Shown: piece after piece, positions 17,303 to 28,511 of the stretch
Layout of the letters: the number at the start of each line of letters is the position of its first letter
How positions within the stretch are numbered: the stretch's first letter is position 1
Assembly: GCA_943788095.1 (NCBI GenBank)
Contig: CALSOZ010000005.1
Coordinates: 1,851-65,850 of the forward strand
DNA: 64,000 bases
Reading direction: 5' to 3'
Source of the DNA: an uncultured Flavobacteriaceae bacterium
GTDB lineage: Bacteria; Bacteroidota; Bacteroidia; Flavobacteriales; Flavobacteriaceae
Program-made: the position numbers and the translations under genes
Notes under the pieces: model-generated
Seen by the model: the letters and a program-made list of their open reading frames with translations, nothing else
What the model was told of the DNA's origin: nothing
Database searches by the model: none

Positions 17303-20300
17303 TTAAAGTATTACAAGTTTTTCAATTTTTTCTGCGGTCATTCCAGAATTCGAGGAACGGACACTTAATTTATAAACATATACGCCTTTCCCAATTTTGC
17401 TTCCAAAATCGTCGGTGCCATCCCATGTAATGTTTCTGGTAACGGAGCTTTGGAGTCCGCTAGTTTGGCGATTGATGGTTTTGATTAGTTTTCCAGAAAT
17501 TGTAAATATTTGTATAGAAACGTCTAAAACCTCCGAACTATTGTGGCTAAACCAAAATTCAGTGTAATTTACAAACGGATTTGGGAAATTAAGCACATTT
17601 CTAAGCTCCAGGCTTTCATCTTTATCAAACACCATAAATTGAATGTCTTGAATGGATGAGTTGTTATAGACATCCCATGCTTTTACAGAAAGGGTGTGCA
17701 AGCCAGGTGCTAAATCTCTAAATGGATAACTCAAGGTCCCGCGTTTGTAATCATCCACTGCAGCGGTGTAGTAATCGTTTAATTTGTAAACATTTGTTTC
17801 ATCGCCGTCTAAAGTAGCCACAAGATCATGTCCAATTCCACTGGCGGTATTAATGCCGTTTTCGTCAAATAGATTGGCTAGTAGTGTAGGGTTTTCATTG
17901 GTAATGCCACCAGAAATAAAATTTTCGTCGTTCATGAACAGCGCAATTGTAGGGCCCAAATTATCTTCTGGGGCGTCCGCATTCAGACCACCAATTACAA
18001 CATCCAAATTATAACCACGGTTTTGTAAAAGTGTTTCTGTTTTTGAATAGAGGCTGATTTTGCCAGTGCCTTCTTGCAAACTAATGTCTTTTGGAACCAC
18101 AAATTCAAGTTCATACTGTCCGTTAGTCACACTGGCTTGTCCTCTAAAAATCACCTCGCCTAAAGCATCAAAATCAATAATAATTAACGAATTGTCGGCA
18201 TTTTTTGTGCCATCATTCCCAAGGGTAGAGCGTATAATGTCTTTATCGTAAATAGTCGCAGTTAAAATGCCATTATAATTCGTTAATATACCACCCTGTC
18301 CGTTCGTGACATGGCCTTCAATTTTGGCTTTACTCAATGCTTTTAGGACTTGAGTAGTCGTATTAATCGGTTCGTTATTAATTTTGGTTACTTGAATGTC
18401 TGGATCTGCAATGGGGAGCTTTAAGGCAGGGTCTCCGATGAAAAACACCAAACGCCTTTGACTACTATTCGTAAGCATTGGGTCGTTTTTTGTTTGCCTC
18501 AGCGCTTCTGCAATACTGGTTTTTTGATTTGCCCCAAAAGCAAATAAATATTGACCTAAAGTTTCATTAAAACTAATTCCAACATTAACATAAATTTGTC
18601 TTGTGGTTGTAATCAAACCAATAGCACCGCCTGTTTTATTCCAAAACAGGTATTCCCCAGCGGTTTCTCTAAAAGGATTGTCAAATTTGGTGTACTCACA
18701 GGTCACGGTGACAAAACAATTTAGTTTTGTTGGGTTGTTGACTTCCTGGGCATTTATTTTATCAAAAATTCGTTCGCCGGCTAATCCATCTTCGCCGCCG
18801 TGTCCAAAATAATTCACCACAACCGCCCCAACTTCAAGAGCATCAAAAATAGCTTTGTTGACTAATGAATAGCGTGGGCCGCCAGCAGACGTTTCTTGAA
18901 CGTAAGAATCTGCATGAATTTTTGAAACATTCAAATACGGTTTTTGAGCTTTTACGCTTTCAGCGATCGCATCGGTTGTTTGTTGAATCAAAGCATCACT
19001 CGATTTATCGACATCATCAGAAATAAGAAGAAAATTGTTCCGCCAACTCCCAAAAGCTTCGGGTTGATAATAGGATGCTACTTTGTCGACCATGTCTTTG
19101 GCACGTTGTGTGTTTTCGGCGAGAATCCGTCCGACGGCAATGTCGAGTTTGTCCGAATTAGCCATTGTGCCTTCGTTGGCATCCATCATCCCGTAAAAAT
19201 CATCCGAAATAAATGAGTTTGTTAAACTAAAACTGTTTAAGGAATACCAAGAAGGTACAATGTTCGTGTTGTTTGAAACACGGTCTTTATAGTCAAATGA
19301 TGCGTCGCCAAATAAGCAAACGTATTTGAGTTTGTTGTCCGACGAAGATGCGTTGTCATAAACGTATTTTACAAAATTTCTGATGGCGGCAATATCTTGC
19401 ATTCCAGAGCTGAATTCTTGATAGATGGATTTTAAGGTGTACACCTTTACATTTAGGTTGTTATTGGTTCGGTTTATTTGTGCGAGTCGTTCCGCTTGTG
19501 TGTACAAATAATCGGGCGTAATTATCAGGTAATCAACATCTTTAAATCCTCCTTGATTGTCTAAAAAAACAGTCCCTTTAATATCTTGATTTGATACTGT
19601 AGAATTACGCACCCGCTTTGGCGCATAATAATCGGAAGCGGATACGGCCTGATAGTTTTTAAGGGTGCCTAAGTTGGTTTTAAAACTAAATTGTGCAGCG
19701 GCCTCGTTGTTCGTGTAATAAGAGATTTGGTAAGGATTGGTAATGTCCCAAACTTCTGATATGGTAGCAGCCTTTGAAATCTCAAAAGCTCCAACGCCAG
19801 ATTGTGTAGCAGTAGCGTTGTTTTTAAATTGAAATTGAGTTCCGGGGCTTTCTAGGGTGCATTCGGCTTCAATTGAAATATAATCTAAATACCCAGAGGC
19901 TGAGGGGTTGCCATTATTATTGTAAGATAACTCCACTGAAATCGAATTAGAATTGGACGTTGTTAAGTTGTTGTAAAAGCGTTCACTCGCCAAATTTTGT
20001 TTGTCAATGGCTGCAAATGTGAGGGTGCCAACGTCGGCGCCGTTTAGTTTAACTTGCATGCTGCTAGTCGATTCTGAAACGGCGGCAGTATATATTTTTA
20101 ATCTGATAGGGATTGAGGGGATTAAATTCGGGAATTCGAAATCAAACTTCCGAACGTTTTCTACATAAAAACGATGCCCAAACCAGCGTCTTCCCATTTT
20201 TGAGAGATTATAATCGTCCGACTCTACAAATTTATAATCATGAAAGGTTGTGATGGTGGTTACTGGTGCTGCCGTTGGTTCTGCGGCAGGACGCATTCGT

Positions 20301-21136
20301 AAGCCTTTAGTTGTGCCAACATTGATGTAATAGTAAGCCACATCAGAGTAGGGATTGATGTGAGAGTTGTTGTCAGGATTAAAATTTTTAGGCCCAATGG
20401 CATACATCAAAATATGGTCTTCATCGTTAATGATGCCATCTGACTCTCCTATAAATTGAATGGAATTTTCAATCAAATCATTTGAGACGGTTTCGGAATT
20501 AAGTAATGGCAAGGAGGCACCTCCATGTCCATACACTTTGATATTTTGAGGGTTCACATTGCTTACATTAATCCCTAGGTCGCTCAAGAAATTTTTACTG
20601 AGTTTATGAACTCCAGTCGTGTCTACCGCAAACCGATACCATTCTCCAGATTTTAAGACAGAACTTGTTAGTGAGCTTGTTTTTTTAAAGGCTTTTGCTT
20701 GTGGTTTTAGTTGATACGAAATGGTGAAGCTTAGGACTTTTTTTAGAATCCCATTTTCGTTAAAAATCGGACTAATTTCTAAATATGTTTTAGAAGAATT
20801 TCTTGCAGTTGTATTGGTAACTTTTAACTGAGGGTTCGTTGGAATTAATTTTTGAGAAAGCGTTATTAAGTCTGCAACGGATAGTTGCTCCGTTTGCATA
20901 GACTTGATGACCACCGATTTTTCATCCACAGTTCCTTTAGACTCCCATTGATTCGCATACGTAATTCCGTTGGTAGAAGAGTAGTTAAAATGTTCTATAC
21001 TAAATGTAGGAACTTCAATAGTAGTGTTGTTAGTGGAAATTGTGGATGCCTCCTCCCAGTTAATGACAAAGTTTTTTGTTTGAGATATTCCTAGGAAAGA
21101 ACAAAACAATAAAACAACTAATAAATTTATTTTCAT
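17303..21136 (-). CDS. porU: T9SS sortase PorU (peptidase C25 family)
   Basis: NYFGHGG and TVTCEY catalytic motifs, CTD (NFPNPF...GVYVYKL); start uncertain (21136-21163). Confidence 0.93.
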   Translation of the reverse strand: MKINLLVVLLFCSFLGISQTKNFVINWEEASTISTNNTTIEVPTFSIEHFNYSSTNGITYANQWESKGTVDEKSVVIKSMQTEQLSVADLITLSQKLIPTNPQLKVTNTTARNSSKTYLEISPIFNENGILKKVLSFTISYQLKPQAKAFKKTSSLTSSVLKSGEWYRFAVDTTGVHKLSKNFLSDLGINVSNVNPQNIKVYGHGGASLPLLNSETVSNDLIENSIQFIGESDGIINDEDHILMYAIGPKNFNPDNNSHINPYSDVAYYYINVGTTKGLRMRPAAEPTAAPVTTITTFHDYKFVESDDYNLSKMGRRWFGHRFYVENVRKFDFEFPNLIPSIPIRLKIYTAAVSESTSSMQVKLNGADVGTLTFAAIDKQNLASERFYNNLTTSNSNSISVELSYNNNGNPSASGYLDYISIEAECTLESPGTQFQFKNNATATQSGVGAFEISKAATISEVWDITNPYQISYYTNNEAAAQFSFKTNLGTLKNYQAVSASDYYAPKRVRNSTVSNQDIKGTVFLDNQGGFKDVDYLIITPDYLYTQAERLAQINRTNNNLNVKVYTLKSIYQEFSSGMQDIAAIRNFVKYVYDNASSSDNKLKYVCLFGDASFDYKDRVSNNTNIVPSWYSLNSFSLTNSFISDDFYGMMDANEGTMANSDKLDIAVGRILAENTQRAKDMVDKVASYYQPEAFGSWRNNFLLISDDVDKSSDALIQQTTDAIAESVKAQKPYLNVSKIHADSYVQETSAGGPRYSLVNKAIFDALEVGAVVVNYFGHGGEDGLAGERIFDKINAQEVNNPTKLNCFVTVTCEYTKFDNPFRETAGEYLFWNKTGGAIGLITTTRQIYVNVGISFNETLGQYLFAFGANQKTSIAEALRQTKNDPMLTNSSQRRLVFFIGDPALKLPIADPDIQVTKINNEPINTTTQVLKALSKAKIEGHVTNGQGGILTNYNGILTATIYDKDIIRSTLGNDGTKNADNSLIIIDFDALGEVIFRGQASVTNGQYELEFVVPKDISLQEGTGKISLYSKTETLLQNRGYNLDVVIGGLNADAPEDNLGPTIALFMNDENFISGGITNENPTLLANLFDENGINTASGIGHDLVATLDGDETNVYKLNDYYTAAVDDYKRGTLSYPFRDLAPGLHTLSVKAWDVYNNSSIQDIQFMVFDKDESLELRNVLNFPNPFVNYTEFWFSHNSSEVLDVSIQIFTISGKLIKTINRQTSGLQSSVTRNITWDGTDDFGSKIGKGVYVYKLSVRSSNSGMTAEKIEKLVIL

Positions 21137-21357
21137 ACAGAAGAAACGCATTCTGGACAGCATTATTTTATATAAATATAAGAGAATTTCAAAATTACAA
21201 TAATAAAATTCTAAAATCCTCGTTTTTAACTAAAGTAATCTCAAAATAATTCGTTATAAAATTGTTCAAATCGCCTGAATTTGTATTGCATTATAATCTA
21301 TAAATTAGTATATTGCGTCTCCAAATCCAAGTGTGTTTTATTAATTATAAGTTGAAT

Positions 21358-23001
21358 ATGAAAAACAGCATCACATTTAGAATACTACTAGTATTAGCAG
21401 TATCGACGTCCTTAGTTGGGTGTAATAAATCCTCAAGCGGTGGAAATACTTCCAGAGCGACAGGATGGCAAATAAACTCCAAACTTGGAGGTTTTCAATA
21501 CAATACCAGTTTTAAGGAGCAAGAAACGGCTCCTGGTTTAGTGTTTATTGAAGGCGGAACTTTTACAATGGGTAAAGTGCAAGATGATGTTATGCATGAC
21601 TGGAATAATTCTCCAAACCAACAGCACGTTCAGTCTTTTTATATCGACGAAACAGAAGTGACAAACTTAATGTATTTAGAATTTTTAGAATATCAAAAAC
21701 GTGTTTATCCTCCTACGGATCCTCGATTTAAAGCCATTTATAAGGGGTTTCTCCCGGATACATTAGTATGGCGGAATCGCTTAGGTTACAGTGAAATGAT
21801 GGTCGAAAATTACCTTCGTCACCCTGCGTACAGAAACTACCCCGTTGTTGGAGTCAGTTGGATTCAAGCAACAAGATTTGCCGAATGGAGGTCGAACAGA
21901 GTTGCTGAAAAAGGCTTACAGGAAGAAGGCTATCTTGAAAAAGATTCTCAAATTACACATACAAACGCAGAAAGTAACTTTAATATTAATACCTATGTCA
22001 TTGCACCAACAAAAACTTTTGGAGGTAACGATACGATTACACTCCCAGGAAAAAGAAGGTCCATTGCAGAAAAAGATTCAGTAAATTTATATGCAACCAG
22101 AGAAACCGGTGCGATTCAATTAAAATACCGCCTCCCAACAGAAACAGAATGGGAATATGCGGCTCTTGGCATGTCTGATCTGAGAAGTTTTAACTCCTAC
22201 AGAGGTCGAAAAAAATATCCTTGGGATGGGCAATACTCTCGTTCTGGAAGTCGTAAAACTAGAGGCGATCAATTGGCTAATTTTAAACAAGGAAAAGGCG
22301 ATTACGGTGGAATTGCAGGATGGTCAGATGACGGTGCTGATATCACCAATGAAGTGATGTCCTATGAGCCAAATGGCTATGGTGTATATGATATGGCAGG
22401 AAATGTTGCCGAATGGGTGGCAGATGTTTACAGACCGATTGTAGATGACGATTTTAGTGATTTCGGATACTATAGGGGAAATCAATATATGAAAAATAAA
22501 ATTTCAAGCGATGGGACTTTTAAAATAATTGAAGTCGATGAAATTCAATATGATACCCTATCAAATGGGAAGTTGGTTGCAAGAGCATTTCCAGGTGAAA
22601 TTGCCCAAGTACCTGTAGATGAAAACGAAACCTATCTACGTACTAATTTTGATACTAGTGACAACGTAAACTTCCGAGATGGAGATAATAGATCCTCAAG
22701 ATTTTTTGATGATTTAGAAGATAATGAAGATCAACAAATGTATAATTCGCCAAAACACAGCGTCTCATTAGATTCTGCTAGTATAGTAAGAAAATACGAC
22801 AAATCGGATTCAAGAACTTCACTTATCAATGACGCCTCACGAGTTTATAAAGGAGGTTCTTGGAAAGACAGAGAGTATTGGCTCGATCCAGCCCAAAGAC
22901 GCTATTATCCAGAAGATAAAGCAACCGACTATATCGGATTTAGATGCGCTATGTCTAGAGTAGGTTCTAAATCATCTTCTAAAAAGAAAACGAAAAACTA
23001 A
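21358..23001 (+). CDS. gldJ: Gliding motility lipoprotein GldJ
   Basis: Lipobox LVG-C, SRATGW, FGE-sulfatase fold motifs RLPTETEWEYAA, YDMAGNVAEW, GFRCAM; divergent from porU. Confidence 0.93.
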   Translation: MKNSITFRILLVLAVSTSLVGCNKSSSGGNTSRATGWQINSKLGGFQYNTSFKEQETAPGLVFIEGGTFTMGKVQDDVMHDWNNSPNQQHVQSFYIDETEVTNLMYLEFLEYQKRVYPPTDPRFKAIYKGFLPDTLVWRNRLGYSEMMVENYLRHPAYRNYPVVGVSWIQATRFAEWRSNRVAEKGLQEEGYLEKDSQITHTNAESNFNINTYVIAPTKTFGGNDTITLPGKRRSIAEKDSVNLYATRETGAIQLKYRLPTETEWEYAALGMSDLRSFNSYRGRKKYPWDGQYSRSGSRKTRGDQLANFKQGKGDYGGIAGWSDDGADITNEVMSYEPNGYGVYDMAGNVAEWVADVYRPIVDDDFSDFGYYRGNQYMKNKISSDGTFKIIEVDEIQYDTLSNGKLVARAFPGEIAQVPVDENETYLRTNFDTSDNVNFRDGDNRSSRFFDDLEDNEDQQMYNSPKHSVSLDSASIVRKYDKSDSRTSLINDASRVYKGGSWKDREYWLDPAQRRYYPEDKATDYIGFRCAMSRVGSKSSSKKKTKN

Positions 23002-23024
23002 TTAGTTGTTCAGATAACATATAT

Positions 23025-23057
23025 AGTCCTAACAATTTTAATTGTTAGGACTTTTTT
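23025..23057 (+). terminator. Terminator after gldJ
   Basis: AGTCCTAACAAT...ATTGTTAGGACT plus T-run. Confidence 0.8.
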
Positions 23058-23071
23058 ATTAATTTTAAGTT

Positions 23072-24355
23072 ATGGAATTAAACCAAATTCATCAACTTTT
23101 TTTAGAGTGCTCAGTGGCTTCTACAGATACGCGTCACATTCAATCGAATTCGCTGTTTTTTGCGCTCAAAGGACCTAATTTTAATGGCAATTCTTTTGCA
23201 CCTCAAGCCCTCAAAAGCGGTGCAAAATATGCCGTGATTGATCAGGATGTGCATCCCACAGATGAACGTTTTATTTTGGTGGAAAACGTCTTAGAAACCT
23301 TACAGAATTTAGCTCGTTTTCATAGAACCTATTTAGGTCTTCCTATTATTGCACTCACAGGGAGTAACGGCAAAACAACCACCAAAGAGTTAATCCATGC
23401 CGTTTTAAAACCACACTTCAAAACCGTAGCGACAGTTGGCAACCTCAACAACCACATAGGCGTCCCCTTAACGCTTTTAAGCATGAAGGCCGAAACTGAA
23501 ATTGGCATTGTAGAAATGGGTGCTAACCACGCAAATGAAATAGCCAAACTTTGCGATATTGCCCAACCCAATATCGGTTATATCACCAATTTTGGGAAAG
23601 CACATTTAGAAGGCTTTGGCTCGGAAGAAGGAGTTATAAAAGCTAAAAGTGAGTTGTATGACTATCTTAAAGCCAACTCAGGATTGATTATTCTAAATAC
23701 TAAAGATGCAAAACAAGTCCAACAAGTTGGAACTTACAACAACGTTTATACGTTTTCGGAAACTTCTGAAACATCCGTGAATGTAAAGTTAATAGCAACG
23801 CAGCCTTTCTTGAGTGTTGCCTTTAAAGATAGTACGATTCAAACCCACCTTGTTGGGGCTTATAATTTTCAAAATAGTGTAGCCGCCCTGACCATCGGAA
23901 CTTATTTCAAGCTGACACCCTTACAACTCAAAAAAGGAATTGAAGCCTACGTGCCAGCCAATAACCGATCGCAAATCATTCAGCAAAACTCCAATGAAAT
24001 CCTATTAGATGCCTACAACGCCAATCCGAGCAGCATGGAAGTTGCTTTGGAAAATTTTAAAGCCATTCAAAACCCAAACAAACTTGCCATTCTAGGGGAT
24101 ATGTTTGAGTTGGGGACCACAAGCGCTAAAGAACATTTAGCAATCGTAAACAAAGCAATTTTAAGCGAGGGCTGTCGTTTTTGTTTTGTAGGCTCTCATT
24201 TTTTTGAACAGCATACAGTGCATCCAAGACTCCTGTTTTTTGAAACGTTTCAAGACCTTCAATTACATTTAGAAGAGTCAACTATTTCAAATACCAGCGT
24301 CTTAATAAAAGGGTCGCGAGGGATGGCTTTGGAGCGCGTCCTGGAGTTGATTTAA
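23072..24355 (+). CDS. murF: UDP-MurNAc-tripeptide--D-Ala-D-Ala ligase
   Basis: LTGSNGKTTTKE, NNHIGVP, DAYNANPSSM, KGSRG. Confidence 0.95.
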   Translation: MELNQIHQLFLECSVASTDTRHIQSNSLFFALKGPNFNGNSFAPQALKSGAKYAVIDQDVHPTDERFILVENVLETLQNLARFHRTYLGLPIIALTGSNGKTTTKELIHAVLKPHFKTVATVGNLNNHIGVPLTLLSMKAETEIGIVEMGANHANEIAKLCDIAQPNIGYITNFGKAHLEGFGSEEGVIKAKSELYDYLKANSGLIILNTKDAKQVQQVGTYNNVYTFSETSETSVNVKLIATQPFLSVAFKDSTIQTHLVGAYNFQNSVAALTIGTYFKLTPLQLKKGIEAYVPANNRSQIIQQNSNEILLDAYNANPSSMEVALENFKAIQNPNKLAILGDMFELGTTSAKEHLAIVNKAILSEGCRFCFVGSHFFEQHTVHPRLLFFETFQDLQLHLEESTISNTSVLIKGSRGMALERVLELI

Positions 24356-24387
24356 AAAGCCCTCAAAAATTGAAGGCTTTTAACTTG

Positions 24388-24462
24388 TGGGTCATACTGG
24401 ATTCGAACCAGTGACTTCTACCCTGTCAAGGTAACACTCTGAACCAACTGAGTTAATGACCC
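24388..24462 (-). tRNA. tRNA-Val (GAC)
   Basis: Reverse complement GGGTCAT...TTACC-TTGACAG-GGTAG...GGTTCGAATCC...ATGACCC-A. Confidence 0.95.
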
Positions 24463-24555
24463 TTTCTTAGACTGTAAAAATACTAATATCTTTTAATTAT
24501 GTATCTTTATTTTTTAATTTCTAAAAAAAATTATTTTTAACCAATATTTAGACTA

Positions 24556-25281
24556 TTGATACTTTTAACCGACCAAACATTTCCCAACTACATTATCAAA
24601 TTCATGTCCGAAGAATGGATCGTTAATAATATCGCTGTTTTAGTCGTTATTGTTTTTATCTTAGGATTGGGTCGTTTTTTGTCCTCTCAAAATAACATTA
24701 GAGTCACCTACTTGATGGGGGTGATTTTGTTTTTTACGTCAGTAATTACGCCTTTGCGAACCGCTATAAATGGGCATTGGAATGTGGTGACTGATTTGCC
24801 CTTTCATTTGTGTGGAATCTCTGGTCTAATCTGTTCTTTTCTTCCCTTTTTGAAACGAAAACAACCCCTGTTTGATTTTGTGTTTTATACTGGAGTTATC
24901 GGAGGCATCATGTCTGTGCTTACCCCTCAAATGAATGGCTATGACGGCAGTGATTTTGCGTATTTGGAATATTATGTAAGACATGTGTTGATCTTTTTAT
25001 TACCCTTATACATGCTTCAAAATTTAAACATCAGACCTTCTAAATATTCTGTGCTTACCTCCTTTATAATCATTAATGTGTTATTGATTTTTATAATGCC
25101 TTTGAATTTCTACCTAGGCTCAAATTACATGTATTTGGCGGAACCGCCACAAGTTGAGAACCCTTTAGTTATCGGGGAATGGCCCTATTATTTGTTATGG
25201 TTTGAAGTATTTATTGTGGTGTTGATGACTATTTTTTATAAACTTTCTACTTTGAGATTTAATATAAATAGAAATAACTAA
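24556..25281 (+). CDS. YwaF/TIGR02206-like integral membrane protein
   Basis: LPFHLCG, GSNYMYL, GEWPYY; start uncertain. Confidence 0.8.
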   Translation: MILLTDQTFPNYIIKFMSEEWIVNNIAVLVVIVFILGLGRFLSSQNNIRVTYLMGVILFFTSVITPLRTAINGHWNVVTDLPFHLCGISGLICSFLPFLKRKQPLFDFVFYTGVIGGIMSVLTPQMNGYDGSDFAYLEYYVRHVLIFLLPLYMLQNLNIRPSKYSVLTSFIIINVLLIFIMPLNFYLGSNYMYLAEPPQVENPLVIGEWPYYLLWFEVFIVVLMTIFYKLSTLRFNINRNN

Positions 25282-25340
25282 ATAGCGTTTATAGGAGACT
25301 TCACTATCTTCGCTAAAGAATCGAATTAAACCTTAAACAC

Positions 25341-26303
25341 ATGAAACTTCACATCCTACTTTTAGTTGGCCTTTTTTTTCAAATGGGTCATTCACAAGAC
25401 CATAAAAAGGTAAAACCTCAAGAAATACAAGCGATGGTTAGTTTTCTGACTTCTGACGAACTCAAAGGACGGGAAGTCGCCACTGAAAGCGAGCTTATAG
25501 CAGCCCAGTATATCATATCTAAATTCATCGAATCAGGGATCAAACCCTATTTCGAAACCTATATGGATCCTTTTGAGGCAAAACGAGATAAGGGCGTGAA
25601 TGTGGTTGGGTTTATTGAAGGAAATGATCCTAAGTTAAAACATGAAATGGTACTCTTAGGAGCGCATTATGATCATATAGGCTATGGAAAAAAAGTCAAT
25701 AACGACTCCATCGCCAATGGAGCCAATGACAATGCTTCCGGGACTGCGACGGTTTTGGCTATAGCCGACCGTTTAGCACGCTTGGGAACCAATAAACGAT
25801 CCATAGTTATTGCTTTATTTTCAGGAGAAGAAAAAGGATTGTTAGGCTCAAAATCGTTAGCTAAAAAACTAAATGAGCAACAGATTGATTTATATGCTAT
25901 GCTAAATTTTGAAATGATTGGCGTCCCATTTACAGATCGAGATTACGACATTTTTCTGACGGGTTATGAATTATCTGATTTGGGTGAAAAATTAAATACG
26001 TATACCAATTCTACCATGGTTGGGGTTTCAAAGGTTGCTAAAAAGTACAATCTTTTTAAACGATCCGATAATTATGCATTTTATAAAGAATTTAAAGTGC
26101 CAAGCCATACCATTTCTTCTTGTGATTTGACTAATTTTGATTTTTATCACCATGTGGATGATGAAATAGATCAACTAGATTTTGCTTTTATGGCAACCAC
26201 TATAAATAAATTAATCCCTGGAATCATGCAAATTTGCAGCAGCGACTCCAAAGAAATACAAATGTATGAAACGAGCATGCAAAAAACAGTATCGCCTAAG
26301 TGA
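25341..26303 (+). CDS. M28 family metallopeptidase
   Basis: GAHYDHIG, NGANDNASG, GEEKGLLGS, RSDN, YHH. Confidence 0.92.
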   Translation: MKLHILLLVGLFFQMGHSQDHKKVKPQEIQAMVSFLTSDELKGREVATESELIAAQYIISKFIESGIKPYFETYMDPFEAKRDKGVNVVGFIEGNDPKLKHEMVLLGAHYDHIGYGKKVNNDSIANGANDNASGTATVLAIADRLARLGTNKRSIVIALFSGEEKGLLGSKSLAKKLNEQQIDLYAMLNFEMIGVPFTDRDYDIFLTGYELSDLGEKLNTYTNSTMVGVSKVAKKYNLFKRSDNYAFYKEFKVPSHTISSCDLTNFDFYHHVDDEIDQLDFAFMATTINKLIPGIMQICSSDSKEIQMYETSMQKTVSPK

Positions 26304-26353
26304 ATGGTTCATGGCAAATAGCGTGTGACCCTTAAAAAATAATAAATATAAAT

Positions 26354-27043
26354 ATGAAACCAACCAAAACAGTTATCATTACAGGGACCAGCCGTGGCAT
26401 CGGTTTTGAACTCGTACATCTTTTCGCCAATGCAGGTTACGAAGTTTTGGCGCTGTCCAGAAATGCAAAGCCCGTTTCAAATTTAAATTTTGAAAACATC
26501 AATGCTTTGTCATTTGACTTAAATAAATCCGAAGATTATGATCGGGTAGTAGCCTTTGTAAAAAAAGAATGGAAACAAGTTGATATTCTGATTAACAATG
26601 CAGGAACTCTTTTAAATAAGCCGTTTGCAGACACCAGTTTCGAAGACTTTCAACAGGTATATAATACCAATGTTTTTGGAGTGGCAGAACTCACCCGCCG
26701 CATGATTCCATTCATGCCCTCAAAAGGCCATGTGGTGACCATTAGTTCCATGGGAGGCGTTCAGGGTTCTATCAAGTTCCCTGGTCTTGCAGCCTACAGT
26801 TCTAGCAAAGGTGCAGTGATTACCCTCACCGAACTTTTAGCAGAAGAATACAAAGAAACCGGCCCTTCCTTTAATGTCTTAGCGCTAGGTGCCGTACAAA
26901 CAGAAATGCTTGCAGAAGCTTTTCCGGGCTATAAAGCACCAAATACAGCCGCTCAAATGGCGGCTTATATCTTTGATTTCTCGATTAATGGAACTCAATT
27001 TTATAATGGAAAATTATTGCAAATTTCAAATTCGACACCCTAA
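26354..27043 (+). CDS. SDR family oxidoreductase
   Basis: TGTSRGIG, NNAG, YSSSK. Confidence 0.92.
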   Translation: MKPTKTVIITGTSRGIGFELVHLFANAGYEVLALSRNAKPVSNLNFENINALSFDLNKSEDYDRVVAFVKKEWKQVDILINNAGTLLNKPFADTSFEDFQQVYNTNVFGVAELTRRMIPFMPSKGHVVTISSMGGVQGSIKFPGLAAYSSSKGAVITLTELLAEEYKETGPSFNVLALGAVQTEMLAEAFPGYKAPNTAAQMAAYIFDFSINGTQFYNGKLLQISNSTP

Positions 27044-27150
27044 CTATAAACACATTCTTTTAAAAAATAATACCGTAGGTTTAACAGCTTATTAACGGAT
27101 TTAAAATAAAATATTTCTTTACTTTTGTACCTCGATAAAAACGACTTTTT

Positions 27151-28482
27151 ATGTTTAATAGTTTAAGTGAAAAATTAGATAAAGCCCTCCACGTCCTCAA
27201 AGGCCATGGGCGCATTTCAGAAATCAACGTTGCTGAGACGCTCAAAGAAGTCCGACGCGCGTTACTGGATGCCGATGTGAATTATAAAATTGCGAAAGAA
27301 TTCACCAATCGAGTCAAGGAAAAAGCATTGGGCCAAAACGTTTTAACGACGCTTCAGCCGGGCCAATTGATGGTCAAAATTGTAAAAGACGAACTGACCG
27401 CCTTAATGGGAGGAGATGTCGAAGATATTAATATGTCAGCAACCCCAAGTGTCATTTTGATGTCAGGGTTACAAGGATCCGGTAAAACGACCTTCTCTGG
27501 AAAATTGGCCAATTACCTAAAAACAAAGAAAACCAAAAAACCACTATTAGTAGCTTGTGATGTGTACCGTCCTGCGGCCATTGACCAGTTACATATTGTT
27601 GGAGAACAAGTTGGGGTTGAGGTCTATAGCGACCGCGGGAATACCGATCCTGTCGCCATTGCCAAAGCTGGAATTGCAGAAGCCAAAGCCAAAGGCTGTA
27701 ATGTAGTGATTATTGATACTGCTGGTCGTTTGGCCGTGGATGAAGTCATGATGACCGAAATTGCTAATATTCACAAAGCCATCCAACCGCAAGAAACGCT
27801 ATTTGTCGTCGATGCAATGACGGGGCAAGATGCCGTAAATACCGCCAAAGCATTCAATGATATTCTAAATTTTGATGGGGTTATTCTGACCAAATTAGAT
27901 GGAGATACCCGTGGTGGAGCCGCCATATCCATAAAATCAGTTGTCAATAAACCGATTAAATTTATCGGTACTGGCGAAAAAATGGAAGCCATTGATGTGT
28001 TCTATCCAGCACGTATGGCCGAACGAATTTTGGGTATGGGAGATGTGGTTTCTTTAGTAGAACGTGCTCAAGAGCAGTTTGATGAGCAAGAAGCGCGGAA
28101 AATTCAAAAGAAAATTGCTAAAAACCAATTTGGGTTTGATGATTTTTTATCTCAAATTCAACAGGTTAAGAAAATGGGGAATATGAAAGACCTCATGGGG
28201 ATGATTCCTGGGGTTGGAAAAATGATGAAAGATGTCGATGTTGATGACGATGCATTTAAACACATTGAAGCCATTATTCATTCGATGACTCCCGAAGAGC
28301 GGAGCAAACCAACCCTGCTAAATGCCAGCCGTAAAAAACGGATTGGAGCTGGATCAGGGACGACCATTCAACAGGTGAATCAATTGATGAAACAGTTTGA
28401 TCAAATGAGTAAAATGATGAAAATGATGCAAGGCGGTGGCGGTCAAAAAATGATGCAAATGATGAAAAATATGCCACGATAG
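27151..28482 (+). CDS. ffh: Signal recognition particle protein
   Basis: GLQGSGKTT, DTAGR, TKLDGD, Met-rich M domain. Confidence 0.97.
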   Translation: MFNSLSEKLDKALHVLKGHGRISEINVAETLKEVRRALLDADVNYKIAKEFTNRVKEKALGQNVLTTLQPGQLMVKIVKDELTALMGGDVEDINMSATPSVILMSGLQGSGKTTFSGKLANYLKTKKTKKPLLVACDVYRPAAIDQLHIVGEQVGVEVYSDRGNTDPVAIAKAGIAEAKAKGCNVVIIDTAGRLAVDEVMMTEIANIHKAIQPQETLFVVDAMTGQDAVNTAKAFNDILNFDGVILTKLDGDTRGGAAISIKSVVNKPIKFIGTGEKMEAIDVFYPARMAERILGMGDVVSLVERAQEQFDEQEARKIQKKIAKNQFGFDDFLSQIQQVKKMGNMKDLMGMIPGVGKMMKDVDVDDDAFKHIEAIIHSMTPEERSKPTLLNASRKKRIGAGSGTTIQQVNQLMKQFDQMSKMMKMMQGGGGQKMMQMMKNMPR

Positions 28483-28511
28483 ATCTACTCTAAATTAATA
28501 AGCAGTTTATA

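Noticed and set aside
16006-23001. porV-porU-gldJ cluster as a novel secretion system
   Set aside because: This is the well-described T9SS and gliding locus in its usual order.
26264-26380. Weak echo of the SDR start (TATGAAAC...AAAACAGT) at the end of the M28 gene
   Set aside because: Too short and A-rich to support a duplication.
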